This document shows, piece after piece, positions 40,172 to 48,997 of a DNA stretch of 64,000 nucleotides. This DNA is from an uncultured Acidobacteriota bacterium (GTDB lineage: Bacteria > Acidobacteriota > Terriglobia > Bryobacterales > Bryobacteraceae): contig CAWKLV010000034.1 of NCBI GenBank assembly GCA_963850575.1, positions 75,063-139,062 on the forward strand. The letters run 5' to 3'. The first letter of the stretch is position 1. Each line of letters starts with the position of its first letter. The position numbers and the translations under genes are program-made. The notes below the pieces were generated by a model. That model was not told where the DNA came from. It ran no database searches and saw only the letters and a program-made list of their open reading frames with translations.

Positions 40172-41176
40172 ATGGAGCCACACACCCCTGCGCTCAGTGT
40201 TCGTGATCTTGTAAAACGCTACCCCAAATCGAAGAACAATGCGGTGGATGGAGTCTCCTTCGAGGTGTCTCGCGGCGAGATTTTCGGGCTGCTAGGACCT
40301 AACGGCGCCGGGAAGACGACGATCATCGGCGTTCTGACGACGGCGATCGTTCCCACTGCGGGCTCGGCTTCCATCATCGGCATCGACGTCGCTCGCCATC
40401 CCATTGCCATCAAGCAACACATTGCGGTGGTGCCACAACAGAGCAACCTCGACCGCAGTCTCAAAGTTCGCGAGATTCTGACCTTTCATGCCGCCTATCA
40501 TGGAGTGGCGCGCAAGCGGCGCGAGATGCTGGCCGACAAGCTTCTCGGCGAGCTGGGGCTGGGCGATCGAAAAAATGAAAAGGTAAACCGCTACTCCGGA
40601 GGCATGGCGCAGCGGCTGATGATCGCACGGGCTCTGATGCACGAACCGGACGTCCTGTTTCTCGACGAGCCGACGAACAACCTGGATCCGCAGTCGAGAC
40701 TGTTCCTGTGGGAGAGGATCCACGATCTCAACGCGCAGGGCCTGACGATCCTGCTCACCACCCACGACATGGATGAAGCCGACAAGCTGTGCAATCGCAT
40801 CGCGATCATGGACCACGGAAAGATTCTGGTGAATGACAGCTCAGCCGAACTGAAGAAGCTGATTCCGGGCGGCACCGTTCTGGAGTTGAGAGCCTGGGTT
40901 TCCGAAGCAGACGGCACGGCAACCCGCGAGCGGCTTGCGGTTGAACTTCGATCCCTGCCCGGTGTCACGAAAGTGGATGAAGCGGATTCATCGGAGGAAC
41001 CGGCCGCGGAGCCCGGCGTTCTTACGTATCGCGTCTATTCGGATTCCGCGAACACGCTCATCGGACCCGCCGCGCAAGCCATATTGTCGGCCGGAGCTGA
41101 GGTTCGCGATCTTAGCGTCAAGCAGCCGACGCTCGAAGAGGTATTCATATTTATGACCGGAAGGCATCTGCGCTGA
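40172..41176 (+). CDS. ABC transporter ATP-binding protein (DrrA/ABC-2 type)
   Basis: Walker A GLLGPNGAGKTT, signature YSGGMAQRL, Walker B VLFLDEPTNNLD. Start at the internal ATG at 40172, after the SDR stop. Confidence 0.9.
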   Translation: MEPHTPALSVRDLVKRYPKSKNNAVDGVSFEVSRGEIFGLLGPNGAGKTTIIGVLTTAIVPTAGSASIIGIDVARHPIAIKQHIAVVPQQSNLDRSLKVREILTFHAAYHGVARKRREMLADKLLGELGLGDRKNEKVNRYSGGMAQRLMIARALMHEPDVLFLDEPTNNLDPQSRLFLWERIHDLNAQGLTILLTTHDMDEADKLCNRIAIMDHGKILVNDSSAELKKLIPGGTVLELRAWVSEADGTATRERLAVELRSLPGVTKVDEADSSEEPAAEPGVLTYRVYSDSANTLIGPAAQAILSAGAEVRDLSVKQPTLEEVFIFMTGRHLR

Positions 41177-41994
41177 TGAGCACGAACGGTTCTCTCAATC
41201 GATTCTGGCTGGCGGTGACAGCTTTTCTCGCAATTCTGCGGCGCGACTTCGTCGTGACGCGTCGCGAGTTCGTTCCATTCCTGCTACAAGCTTTGATGCA
41301 GCCGCTGTTCTTCCTGTTTATCTTCGGCAAGGTTCTGCCCGGCATAGGTCTGGCTGCCGGAAATTTCGGAGCCCTCATGTTGCCCGGCATCGTAGCCTTG
41401 ACCGGGTTGCTTGCCGCGATTCAAGGCGTTACGCTGCCGCTGGTACTGGATCTTGGTTTCGCCCGCGAGATCGATGACCGGTTGTTATCGCCGCTTCCTA
41501 TCTGGTGGGTCGCACTCGAGAAAGTTCTGTTCGGGGCCATGCGGGGTACGATTGCGAGCTCCGTGATATTCCCGCTCGGCTGGTGGATTCTGGGCAGTGG
41601 TTTCGCCGTGCGCTCCGACCGGATTGGAACATTAGTGTGCATGGTGATACTCACCGCCTCCGTCGGCTCCGCTATCGGTCTGCTGATGGGAACCGTGATT
41701 CGGCCGGAGCAGATCAGTCTCATGTTTACGTTGATCTTCACGCCCTTGCTGTTCACCGGATGCACCTATTACCCGTGGGGAGCGCTGACCAACATTCGCT
41801 GGTTTCAGGTGCTGACCTTATTCAATCCACTCACCTACGCCGCCGAAGGACTGCGTTACGCCATGGTGCCGCGTATGGGCGGCCACGAACTGCGGACGCT
41901 CAGTTTGTACTGGATTCTATTTGCTCTGGGGACGTCTGTGTTGGTGACGTTCCTGCTCGGGACTCGAACGTTCTACCGGCGTGTCGTGACCTGA
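41176..41994 (+). CDS. ABC-2 type transporter permease
   Basis: Six predicted TM segments. The start overlaps the stop of the ATPase gene (TGATG). Confidence 0.8.
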   Translation: MSTNGSLNRFWLAVTAFLAILRRDFVVTRREFVPFLLQALMQPLFFLFIFGKVLPGIGLAAGNFGALMLPGIVALTGLLAAIQGVTLPLVLDLGFAREIDDRLLSPLPIWWVALEKVLFGAMRGTIASSVIFPLGWWILGSGFAVRSDRIGTLVCMVILTASVGSAIGLLMGTVIRPEQISLMFTLIFTPLLFTGCTYYPWGALTNIRWFQVLTLFNPLTYAAEGLRYAMVPRMGGHELRTLSLYWILFALGTSVLVTFLLGTRTFYRRVVT

Positions 41995-42719
41995 CCCGCG
42001 CTGCTCGTCCATACGGGAGCGGCGTTATCGGCGGGATGTTCGGTCAAGAGTTCGTGTGGCTGGAACCGGCTCTTGTAACTCATCGATGGGCAGTCTTCGA
42101 TCCAGTACCCGAGATATGCGTAGTCATGCTGGCGAGCCTTGGCATACAGCAGCTGATTGAGAATCGAAAACGTGCCCGGCGACCTGGCCCTCCACTCGGG
42201 ATCGTAAAAGCAGTACACCAGCGAAATCGCGCCTGGCACTTCGTCCATGAGAGCGACTCCGACCAGCCGGTCGTCTTCCCAATAGAGCCATTGCTTGTTT
42301 GCACTATTCGCGCAGGAGAGGAAGTTTTCGTAATACGAGCGGGCGGTAACCTGTTGCAGCGGCCAGCCCCGGTGCTCGTGCATGTAGCGCTGATAAACGT
42401 TGTATAAATCAACGTGCTCCCGCGTGACGAAAAGCGGGTGAAGCTGAGCCCCAACATTCGCGTTCTTTCGCAAAATGCGGCGTTCAGGACCATTAGGTTC
42501 GAAGTGGCGAACCGGAATCCTGAAGCTGCGGCACGCAGCGCACTTCGGGCACGCAGGGCGGAACACCTGCCAGCCGAAACGCCGATAGCCGCGGGCCAGG
42601 AGGTCGCCATACTCGGCAGGACTCAACTCGGTGACGGCTCGGAGCTCGAGGGAAGCGGTCTCGCGCGGAAGATAGGAGCACTTCCTGGGCTCCTCGATGA
42701 CTCGGAGAAGTTCCTGCAT
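41973..42719 (-). CDS. bpt: arginyl/leucyl-tRNA--protein transferase (ATE/Bpt family)
   Basis: CSYLPRETASLE, YGDLLARGYRRFG, CPKCAACRSFRIPV, and YLGYWIEDCPSMSYKSRFQPHE are ATE/Bpt signatures. Confidence 0.8.
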   Translation of the reverse strand: MQELLRVIEEPRKCSYLPRETASLELRAVTELSPAEYGDLLARGYRRFGWQVFRPACPKCAACRSFRIPVRHFEPNGPERRILRKNANVGAQLHPLFVTREHVDLYNVYQRYMHEHRGWPLQQVTARSYYENFLSCANSANKQWLYWEDDRLVGVALMDEVPGAISLVYCFYDPEWRARSPGTFSILNQLLYAKARQHDYAYLGYWIEDCPSMSYKSRFQPHELLTEHPADNAAPVWTSSAGQVTTRR

Positions 42720-42747
42720 CAGACATCCAAAACCCTATACTATCTGG

Positions 42748-43281
42748 ATGCGGCCGGCATCTTCTCTTCTACTCGTGGCACTGTCGTACACGTGTTCGGC
42801 GCAGGCGCCGCGGGTTCCGGACGTGGAAGGACAGCGCGCCGCCATGAAAAAGCTGGATTTCCTGTTGGGACAGTGGTCCGGGGAGGCGCGGGTACAACTT
42901 GGGCCCGGTGAGCCGCTTGAACTGACTCAGACCGAGGATGTACAGTCCAAGCTGGACGGCTTGGTGCTCCTCATCGAAGGAACCGGGCGTAACAAGTCCG
43001 ACGGCAAGCCAGTGTTTCGTGCTCTCGCAACCGTGTCGTACGACGAGGAAACCCGGGCCTGCCGCATGCGGGCCTACAACGATGGGCGCTATCTGGAGAC
43101 CGACCTGAAGCTATCCGACGGCGGTAAGGGATTCACTTGGGGCTTCGACTTCGGACCAATCAAAACCAGGTACGTGATGAGGATCAACGAGAAAGGAGAG
43201 TGGACGGAAGCAGGCGAGGTAACAATGGGCGATCAGCCGGCCCGTAAGTTCGTCGAGCTAACGGTTCGGCCGCGGAAGTAG
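42748..43281 (+). CDS. secreted hypothetical protein (DUF1579/lipocalin-like by pattern)
   Basis: Signal peptide MRPASSLLLVALSYTCSAQA. About 160-aa mature domain containing LLGQWSGEA...; the family call is tentative. Confidence 0.45.
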   Translation: MRPASSLLLVALSYTCSAQAPRVPDVEGQRAAMKKLDFLLGQWSGEARVQLGPGEPLELTQTEDVQSKLDGLVLLIEGTGRNKSDGKPVFRALATVSYDEETRACRMRAYNDGRYLETDLKLSDGGKGFTWGFDFGPIKTRYVMRINEKGEWTEAGEVTMGDQPARKFVELTVRPRK

Positions 43282-43298
43282 ATCAGGCGCGGATCTGG

Positions 43299-44432
43299 CT
43301 AGAAAACCGTCCTGGCGTACTTAGCGGAGTGTGCGCTCAATGCGAAGCGTGGCTCTTGCGGCGCACGGGCTTCAATTTGACCCAGGACATAGTCGGCCAC
43401 CGCGGGTCCATGCTTGAAGCCGTGCCCGGACCCTCCGCCGACCAGCCACACATTCGCGAAATCCGGGTGCCTATCGATCAGGAAGTCGCCGGTCGGTGTG
43501 TTTTCGTACTGGCAAACACGGGACCCCACCAGCGGAGCGCCGGCCAGGCTTGGGAACCGTTCCCCGATGTACTGTTTCGCTTCCTCGACCTGCTGCGGAT
43601 TGACCAGGCGATCGCCGGAGTCCGGATCGAAGCGCGGTCCCTCTCGATGGAAACCGAGTTTTACACCGCTACCGTCGACATCGGGCAGCACATACGGCAG
43701 TCGCGCATCGGTGTCGTCGAGCCATGCCGGCATCTGTTCACGGACACCCGCGGGCGGACCGAAGAAAAACAGCTCCTGCCGCGTGGATGTGATCACGTCT
43801 TCAAGAAGTGCCGGGAAGAGCTTCGGTAACCATGGTCCGCAAGCGAAGATCAGCGTCGAACCCGGGATGTGACGCCCCGAACTGGTGATTACCGTGGACC
43901 CGTCAGTGTCCAGGCTGATCGCAGCGTCCAGCATCACCTCAGTCCCAAGAGCCCGGGCCCGCTCCACGACGGCGAGCACTGCCTTGCGCGCGAGCAGCGC
44001 CCCACTCTCCGGCTCCAGAATCGCGGTGGTGCCCGGCGGGAGCGCCATCTGGGGGTACCGCTCCCGGATCTCGGGCTCGTTCAGATGCTGAAAGGGAATA
44101 TCCAGACGCAGCAGTGTTTCAACGCACGCCTGGAATCGAGTGTTGTCCGATGGAGCCAGCCACAGTACACCAGTCGGTATGAACAGGCCGGCGATCTCCT
44201 TCCACATGGATAACGACTGGTAGGAGAAGCGCGTATAGACTTCGTTGTCACCGTAGCTCATGCGGATGATCCGCGATTCGCCCCCCGAGGTGGAACGCGG
44301 ATTGCCAGGCCCATACGCATCGAGCAGAACCACGGAGTATCCCGACTGAGCGAGCCGGTAGGCGATCCAGGATCCGAAAACGCCGGCGCCGATGACGGCA
44401 GCATCGTACGCGGATTGGGAGTGATTCGTCAT
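43299..44432 (-). CDS. FAD-dependent oxidoreductase (DAO/sarcosine-oxidase-like)
   Basis: N-terminal dinucleotide-binding YDAAVIGAGVFGSWIAYRLAQSGYSVVLLD. C-terminal GGGSGHGFKHGP. Confidence 0.8.
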   Translation of the reverse strand: MTNHSQSAYDAAVIGAGVFGSWIAYRLAQSGYSVVLLDAYGPGNPRSTSGGESRIIRMSYGDNEVYTRFSYQSLSMWKEIAGLFIPTGVLWLAPSDNTRFQACVETLLRLDIPFQHLNEPEIRERYPQMALPPGTTAILEPESGALLARKAVLAVVERARALGTEVMLDAAISLDTDGSTVITSSGRHIPGSTLIFACGPWLPKLFPALLEDVITSTRQELFFFGPPAGVREQMPAWLDDTDARLPYVLPDVDGSGVKLGFHREGPRFDPDSGDRLVNPQQVEEAKQYIGERFPSLAGAPLVGSRVCQYENTPTGDFLIDRHPDFANVWLVGGGSGHGFKHGPAVADYVLGQIEARAPQEPRFALSAHSAKYARTVF

Positions 44433-44508
44433 GCTGGAAGCTTAACCGGTCGGCAGCGCCTCGCGCATGTGGTCGAGCACAGCGGCCGGATGGCACTCAG
44501 ACATCAAA

Positions 44509-46479
44509 TTAGTGATGGACCGGGATCACCACACCGGACGGTGAGCGGGCACCGTTGATGGTGAGAACGACGTCCTGGTTTCCATCGCCCACCGCCGGAA
44601 TCACAGCATTGATCTGAAACAGGCCCGGCGATATCAGACCTGCGAAGTTGACCGTAGCAGGGTGACTCCCGATGCTGACCTGAACGGGCATCGGCTGAGG
44701 CGCCGGCGACGCAACGCCCGCCTGCGATGGAGCCACTCCTGAGCTGTAAAGTACAATCGTGCTCCCCGGCGCCGTGGTTACGGTTCCCGGCGCGAGCGAC
44801 GGGTCGCCAAGAACGGTCCCGGCCGGCGTCGTTGCCACGGCAAAGCGCATTCCGCCCGCCGGATAGGTGAGAGCGCCGGGCGCATTCTGCGCGGCATGCG
44901 CCAGCACGGTGCCGGAACTCACGCCGTTCCGAATTACCTCCGCGGTGATCCAGCCTGGCGCCAGGCCGGATGGAGCTTGCACATTGATCTGGCTTGGACT
45001 TATGTAGTAGACAAAAGCGGGTTTTCCGTTCAGCTTCACGCTGATTCCATCCAGCGACTCAGGCAAGCTGTCACCAGCAAAATCGGATGATCGCCAGATC
45101 CGCGTGCTCGGGGCCAGGTGCACGCCGAACAGCGTGATCCAAGAGCCGGAGACGATGCCCCGGTCGAAAGTAGCGCCATTCACTACACCCTCACGAGTTG
45201 TCAAAGCCGGTTGGCTTATGGCCGCGTTCGAATCGGGATACATCGCGAACTGATCGGTGGACGGCCACGCTGCAACTTTTCCCGCTGCGTTCCAGAGTCC
45301 GCTATCCAAGTCGTTGAGGAGATTTCCTTGATCTGCGCTCGAAGCGGGGCGAAAGTTCAGAAGCACCACCCACTGATTGCCGTCGTAGGTACGGACCTGG
45401 TACGTCGTAGTTCCATCGAGCGAGCCGTCGTGCCACCAGTTGGAGTCCGTTCCGCTCGGCCGTACCAGCAACCCGAATCCGTACCAATACGAAGTAGTTT
45501 TCCAGTCCGTCACTGTCGTGGGGCGGGCGGTGAGTGCGGATATGCTTTGCGGTGAGAGAAAGCGCTGCCCCCGACGGCCATCGATAGCATTCACAAACTT
45601 CGCGTAATCGATTGCGCTTGCGATCCACCCGCCATGAGAATCCATGCTTTCCATGTACCAACCGCCGTAGGCCCAGGGCACAACAGCGGCCGTGTCGGGG
45701 AACACGCTATTAGCATTTCCGTTGCTGAAATACTGTACCTCGCCCGGCTGCGCTCCCTGTGGCAGGGTTTGTCCGATGCGCATATTCGAGATTCCCATGG
45801 AAGCCAGAACGTTGGTTCTCACATACTGCTCATAGCTCATATGGGTGACCCGCTCGATGATGCGTCCCAGGACTGCGTAACCGAAGTTGGAATAGGCATA
45901 ACGGGTACCGGGATCGAATTGCAGCGGCTGCCCGCGCATATAGCGAATAATATTCTCCGTGGACGCAGGAGCAGGCGCGTTCAGTGCCGCCGCGATCTGT
46001 GGCGAGTGAAACATGGGATCGAAATTGGATCCCTTAGCGCCGTCATCCCAGCCGCCCGAATGATTCAGCAGATTCCGGATCGTAATGGAACCCAGCCGGG
46101 GATCCACCGTTGCTCCGGCAGGGGGCTGAAGGTCAGGCAGCAGGGCGAACGCGGGTTGGTCCAGGGTGAGCGATCCCTGTTCCACCAGGTGCATAATCGT
46201 CACGGAAGTGATCAGCTTGGAAATGCTGGCCAGGCGGAAGCGCGAATCCGGCTGGACTGGTATTTGTTTGTTCAGATCCGCGTAGCCATAACCCCTGGCA
46301 AACACCAGATGCCCGTTATTGGTGAGTGCGATGGAACCACCCGGGACGTTGTATTTGGCCAGGATGTTGTTCATCAATTGATCGAAAGGGGCCAGCGCGG
46401 GAACGGCTGTTCCGGTTTGGGCTGATGCAACGAGAGTCGCGGAGATTAATGTAAGTAGGGTACGGCTTACGCTTAACAT
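44509..46479 (-). CDS. serine hydrolase (beta-lactamase/PBP fold) fused to two TIGR03437-type Ig-like C-terminal domains
   Basis: Signal peptide; SxxK motif ASISKLITS. The C-terminal approximately 230 aa contain VVNGATFDRGIVSGSWITLFG...VYYISPSQINVQAP and LYSSG...FAGLISPGLFQINAVIP. Confidence 0.8.
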   Translation of the reverse strand: MLSVSRTLLTLISATLVASAQTGTAVPALAPFDQLMNNILAKYNVPGGSIALTNNGHLVFARGYGYADLNKQIPVQPDSRFRLASISKLITSVTIMHLVEQGSLTLDQPAFALLPDLQPPAGATVDPRLGSITIRNLLNHSGGWDDGAKGSNFDPMFHSPQIAAALNAPAPASTENIIRYMRGQPLQFDPGTRYAYSNFGYAVLGRIIERVTHMSYEQYVRTNVLASMGISNMRIGQTLPQGAQPGEVQYFSNGNANSVFPDTAAVVPWAYGGWYMESMDSHGGWIASAIDYAKFVNAIDGRRGQRFLSPQSISALTARPTTVTDWKTTSYWYGFGLLVRPSGTDSNWWHDGSLDGTTTYQVRTYDGNQWVVLLNFRPASSADQGNLLNDLDSGLWNAAGKVAAWPSTDQFAMYPDSNAAISQPALTTREGVVNGATFDRGIVSGSWITLFGVHLAPSTRIWRSSDFAGDSLPESLDGISVKLNGKPAFVYYISPSQINVQAPSGLAPGWITAEVIRNGVSSGTVLAHAAQNAPGALTYPAGGMRFAVATTPAGTVLGDPSLAPGTVTTAPGSTIVLYSSGVAPSQAGVASPAPQPMPVQVSIGSHPATVNFAGLISPGLFQINAVIPAVGDGNQDVVLTINGARSPSGVVIPVHH

Positions 46480-47163
46480 AGGTTTCTTGAGAGTCTATCA
46501 AGTCGATCAGGCTAGACAGCAGCCCATTTCACGAGGCGCTGCCGGCTCCAGGGAGAGTTGTGGCGCGACGGACCGGACTACGATTGCAGTAAGACCGCTG
46601 GGACGGACAGAGTGTAAGCCGTGACGCAGTGCCGCGGCGGGGGATGACGGTAAAGCAGCGATGCCCGGCGGAGCGTCTTGATGAGCTTACACGGATCGCC
46701 GAGGTGAGCGGGCCGCGCCTGAGGCTGGCACCGGGTACTCGAGTCGAAAGGGAGTGCTGATAGCACCCCGCACGGCTAGCTTTCGCTCGTCATGCCGTCC
46801 GTTCTAATGCCGAACGGTCGGCTCTATCCGATTGAGAAACAGCGTGATATCGCAGCGCCTCGACCTCGGTGCTGTAGCTCACTCCGCGTTCCCAAGAATC
46901 CGTCCAACTTCGGCCGAGCCGGTTGGTAACTCGCAGGGAGCGCGCACGGCCGCGATTCGCCGCACGATGGAGATATAGCGCGATGGCATCGACGAGATTC
47001 CACATACCGCCGGCGATGGAGAGGGCCGCAAAGAGTCCGGCAGCAAACAAGACGGCAACGCTGGTGATCACAGTGGTCATGAACGTATCCGCCATATACT
47101 GTGCGCTCCGTGGGCGTATCGTCTCCGGGCCGGCTCAAATTTTTTTCGTCGCGAGGCCGCGGC

Positions 47164-47739
47164 ATGCTCCAAAGCTCTGTAGACGATGTCGGCCGGAGAT
47201 GGAACGCTGCTTCTAACCTTATGCCCGCCAGCGCGTTAAAAACGGGAAAAGAGCCACAGCGCGTGTATGCCGGTGACCTGGGCGGCACGTCCAAGCGGCT
47301 GTCCGATCAGAAATAGGTCGTGGATATCATTTTCGCCAGAGAAATGCTACCCGGAATGCGCGATTACCAAGCGCCCCGTTCCAGCATTTCAGGAGGGGAA
47401 ACATGGACGGAATCGTCGGGGCTGCGGGATACGCGCTCGGTCATTGCCGAGATCCCCTTCGATAAGCCGTTCGATGAAGTGTTGGGCGCCTGGTTATCCT
47501 GCATCAACGGGATCCGTCGCGATGCTGCGCAAACTGTCCCGCTTGCCTCCCCGCGGTGGATTCGTTGCGTTTCAGGAGTTCGATATCAGCCCGGCGCGCT
47601 ACTTCCCGCCTTCCCCACGTTCGAACAGTGCCTCGCATGGATTGCGGCGGCTTTCACCGCTTCGGGGACGGATAGCCGGATGGGCGTGAAACTCGATGCC
47701 GCGTTCCTTGAGGCGGGTCTTAGCCCGGAATCGCCTTGA
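47164..47739 (+). pseudogene. class I SAM-dependent methyltransferase relic, several frame changes
   Basis: Pieces in three frames: RVYAGDLGGTS (degenerate motif I), VVDIIFAREML, IPFDKPFDEVLG, DPVAMLRKLSRLPPRGGFVAFQEFDIS, FEQCLAWIAAAFTASGTDSRMGVKLDAAFLEAGL. The reconstruction is tentative. Confidence 0.4.
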
Positions 47740-47755
47740 TGAGTCTGGATGCCGT

Positions 47756-48352
47756 TTATGGACCTGCGGCGCGAAGCAGAACGAGGACAGTTAGCGCGAA
47801 GGCCACGTTGGCCGTTAGCAGGACCAGCCCCCATCTCCGCTCCTGTCGCCGCATCCACCACATCCAGATACCCGTGATGCCGAGCCCGATCGTGGCGATC
47901 GACACCACGCCGCACAGAGCCGCCCAAAGCTTCAACGGCATGTAATCGTGCCACAGGCCGGCAGCGTGGTGCAACCGGTTTAACATGCCCATGAAGCCTG
48001 TTACGCTGGTGCGCAGCCGCGTCGACCCGCTGTTACGCTCGTAGCGCATCTCATGCACCGTGCCAGGCACGGCGATCCGTATATCAAAGCCGGCCGGCCC
48101 CTGTTTGACAGATGTGATTTCGCCGCGAATGTTCCGGCTGGCCATGATGCTGAGCGCCAGCGCGCGTCCGTCCACATATCCGCTGCTCATCGGTATGGTG
48201 CTCTCCGTGATGGCCGGCTTTGTGTTGAACCACTTCGGATGCGCCATCTGGACCGCACTCACGCCATACATGACAAGGACCGGCAGGGCAAACGCTCCGC
48301 ACAGCAGATGCGCGGTCCGTAAGATCGGGTAAGCCGTCAACGGAACGCCCAC
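47756..48352 (-). CDS. PepSY-associated-TM-like membrane protein, downstream paralogue
   Basis: TM - soluble region - LNRLHHAAGLW - two TM segments. A GTG at 48352 or a TTG at 48340 could be the start; the TTG overlaps the upstream gene's TGA (TTGA). Confidence 0.45.
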   Translation of the reverse strand: MGVPLTAYPILRTAHLLCGAFALPVLVMYGVSAVQMAHPKWFNTKPAITESTIPMSSGYVDGRALALSIMASRNIRGEITSVKQGPAGFDIRIAVPGTVHEMRYERNSGSTRLRTSVTGFMGMLNRLHHAAGLWHDYMPLKLWAALCGVVSIATIGLGITGIWMWWMRRQERRWGLVLLTANVAFALTVLVLLRAAGP

Positions 48353-48942
48353 CAGAGTGCCGTCATGGAGCCGGTACTGGCCGCCAGCGATATCCAGGCC
48401 CACCTGTACCTGGGACGGGAAGCCAGCCACAGCCAGATTCCGGACGCGCAGAACGCCAGCAGCGTCCACATGCCCACTTCGTTCCATACGGCCCAGGCAC
48501 GAACGAGGGGAGGACTGTCCTCGCCTGCCGGCGTGGCAGCGTGGATGTCTTCAAGGAACAGACCCGTGCTGTTTCGGATCTCTTCGACGCGGAGACGGTG
48601 CTCCTGCTCCAGGACCACCACACGATGCATGCCGTTGATGTTGTAAAAATCCAGAAGGAGATGATGATCCGCAGTGTGCTGCAGGTACCAGTCTGGAACC
48701 GGCCTCGTAATCGGGAAATTCAGAGTCCGGTACACCAGGGCGGCGACGTCTTTGTCCGCGGACGTAGGTGGGACCACAAACGGAACGTAATAGACGGAAT
48801 GTGGGGACTTCGGCCGTTCCCCGGGGGACTGCACGGTCGCCACTAGTCCTGCGATTCCGTAAACCAGCAACTGGGAGAAGGTCAGTAGGCCCGCGTAGAT
48901 GTGTACTTTACGGATCAGTCCAACCATGCCGTTGTCACGCAC
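48337..48942 (-). CDS. PepSY-associated-TM-like membrane protein, upstream paralogue
   Basis: LIRKVHIYAGLLTFSQLLVYGIAGLV (TM1), a soluble region, then two C-terminal TM segments. Same architecture as the downstream gene. Confidence 0.45.
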   Translation of the reverse strand: MRDNGMVGLIRKVHIYAGLLTFSQLLVYGIAGLVATVQSPGERPKSPHSVYYVPFVVPPTSADKDVAALVYRTLNFPITRPVPDWYLQHTADHHLLLDFYNINGMHRVVVLEQEHRLRVEEIRNSTGLFLEDIHAATPAGEDSPPLVRAWAVWNEVGMWTLLAFCASGIWLWLASRPRYRWAWISLAASTGSMTALWWAFR

Positions 48943-48997
48943 CCGACATTCTACGCGATTTCGATGCTCCGGCTGGGGCGCGTATCATGGTTAAACC

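Noticed and set aside
46561-46790. RNase P RNA, tmRNA, SRP RNA or a cobalamin riboswitch in the GC-rich gap.
   Set aside because: Signature strings (GGAAAGUCCGGGC, ACAGAA..CGGCUUA, GGUCCGGAAGGAAGCAGC, GCCACUG box, tmRNA 3' end) are absent on both strands. The region is kept only as an unexplained lead.
46790-47294. ORFs 46790..47095 and 46824..47294 (minus strand) as genes.
   Set aside because: Only the first 35 residues of the former look like a TM helix. The latter is Arg/Cys/Pro-rich and overlaps the methyltransferase relic. The evidence is insufficient.
47756-48942. Reading the two overlapping minus-strand ORFs as a single frameshifted gene.
   Set aside because: The upstream ORF terminates after a complete architecture and the downstream one repeats that architecture. 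A start codon overlaps the stop.
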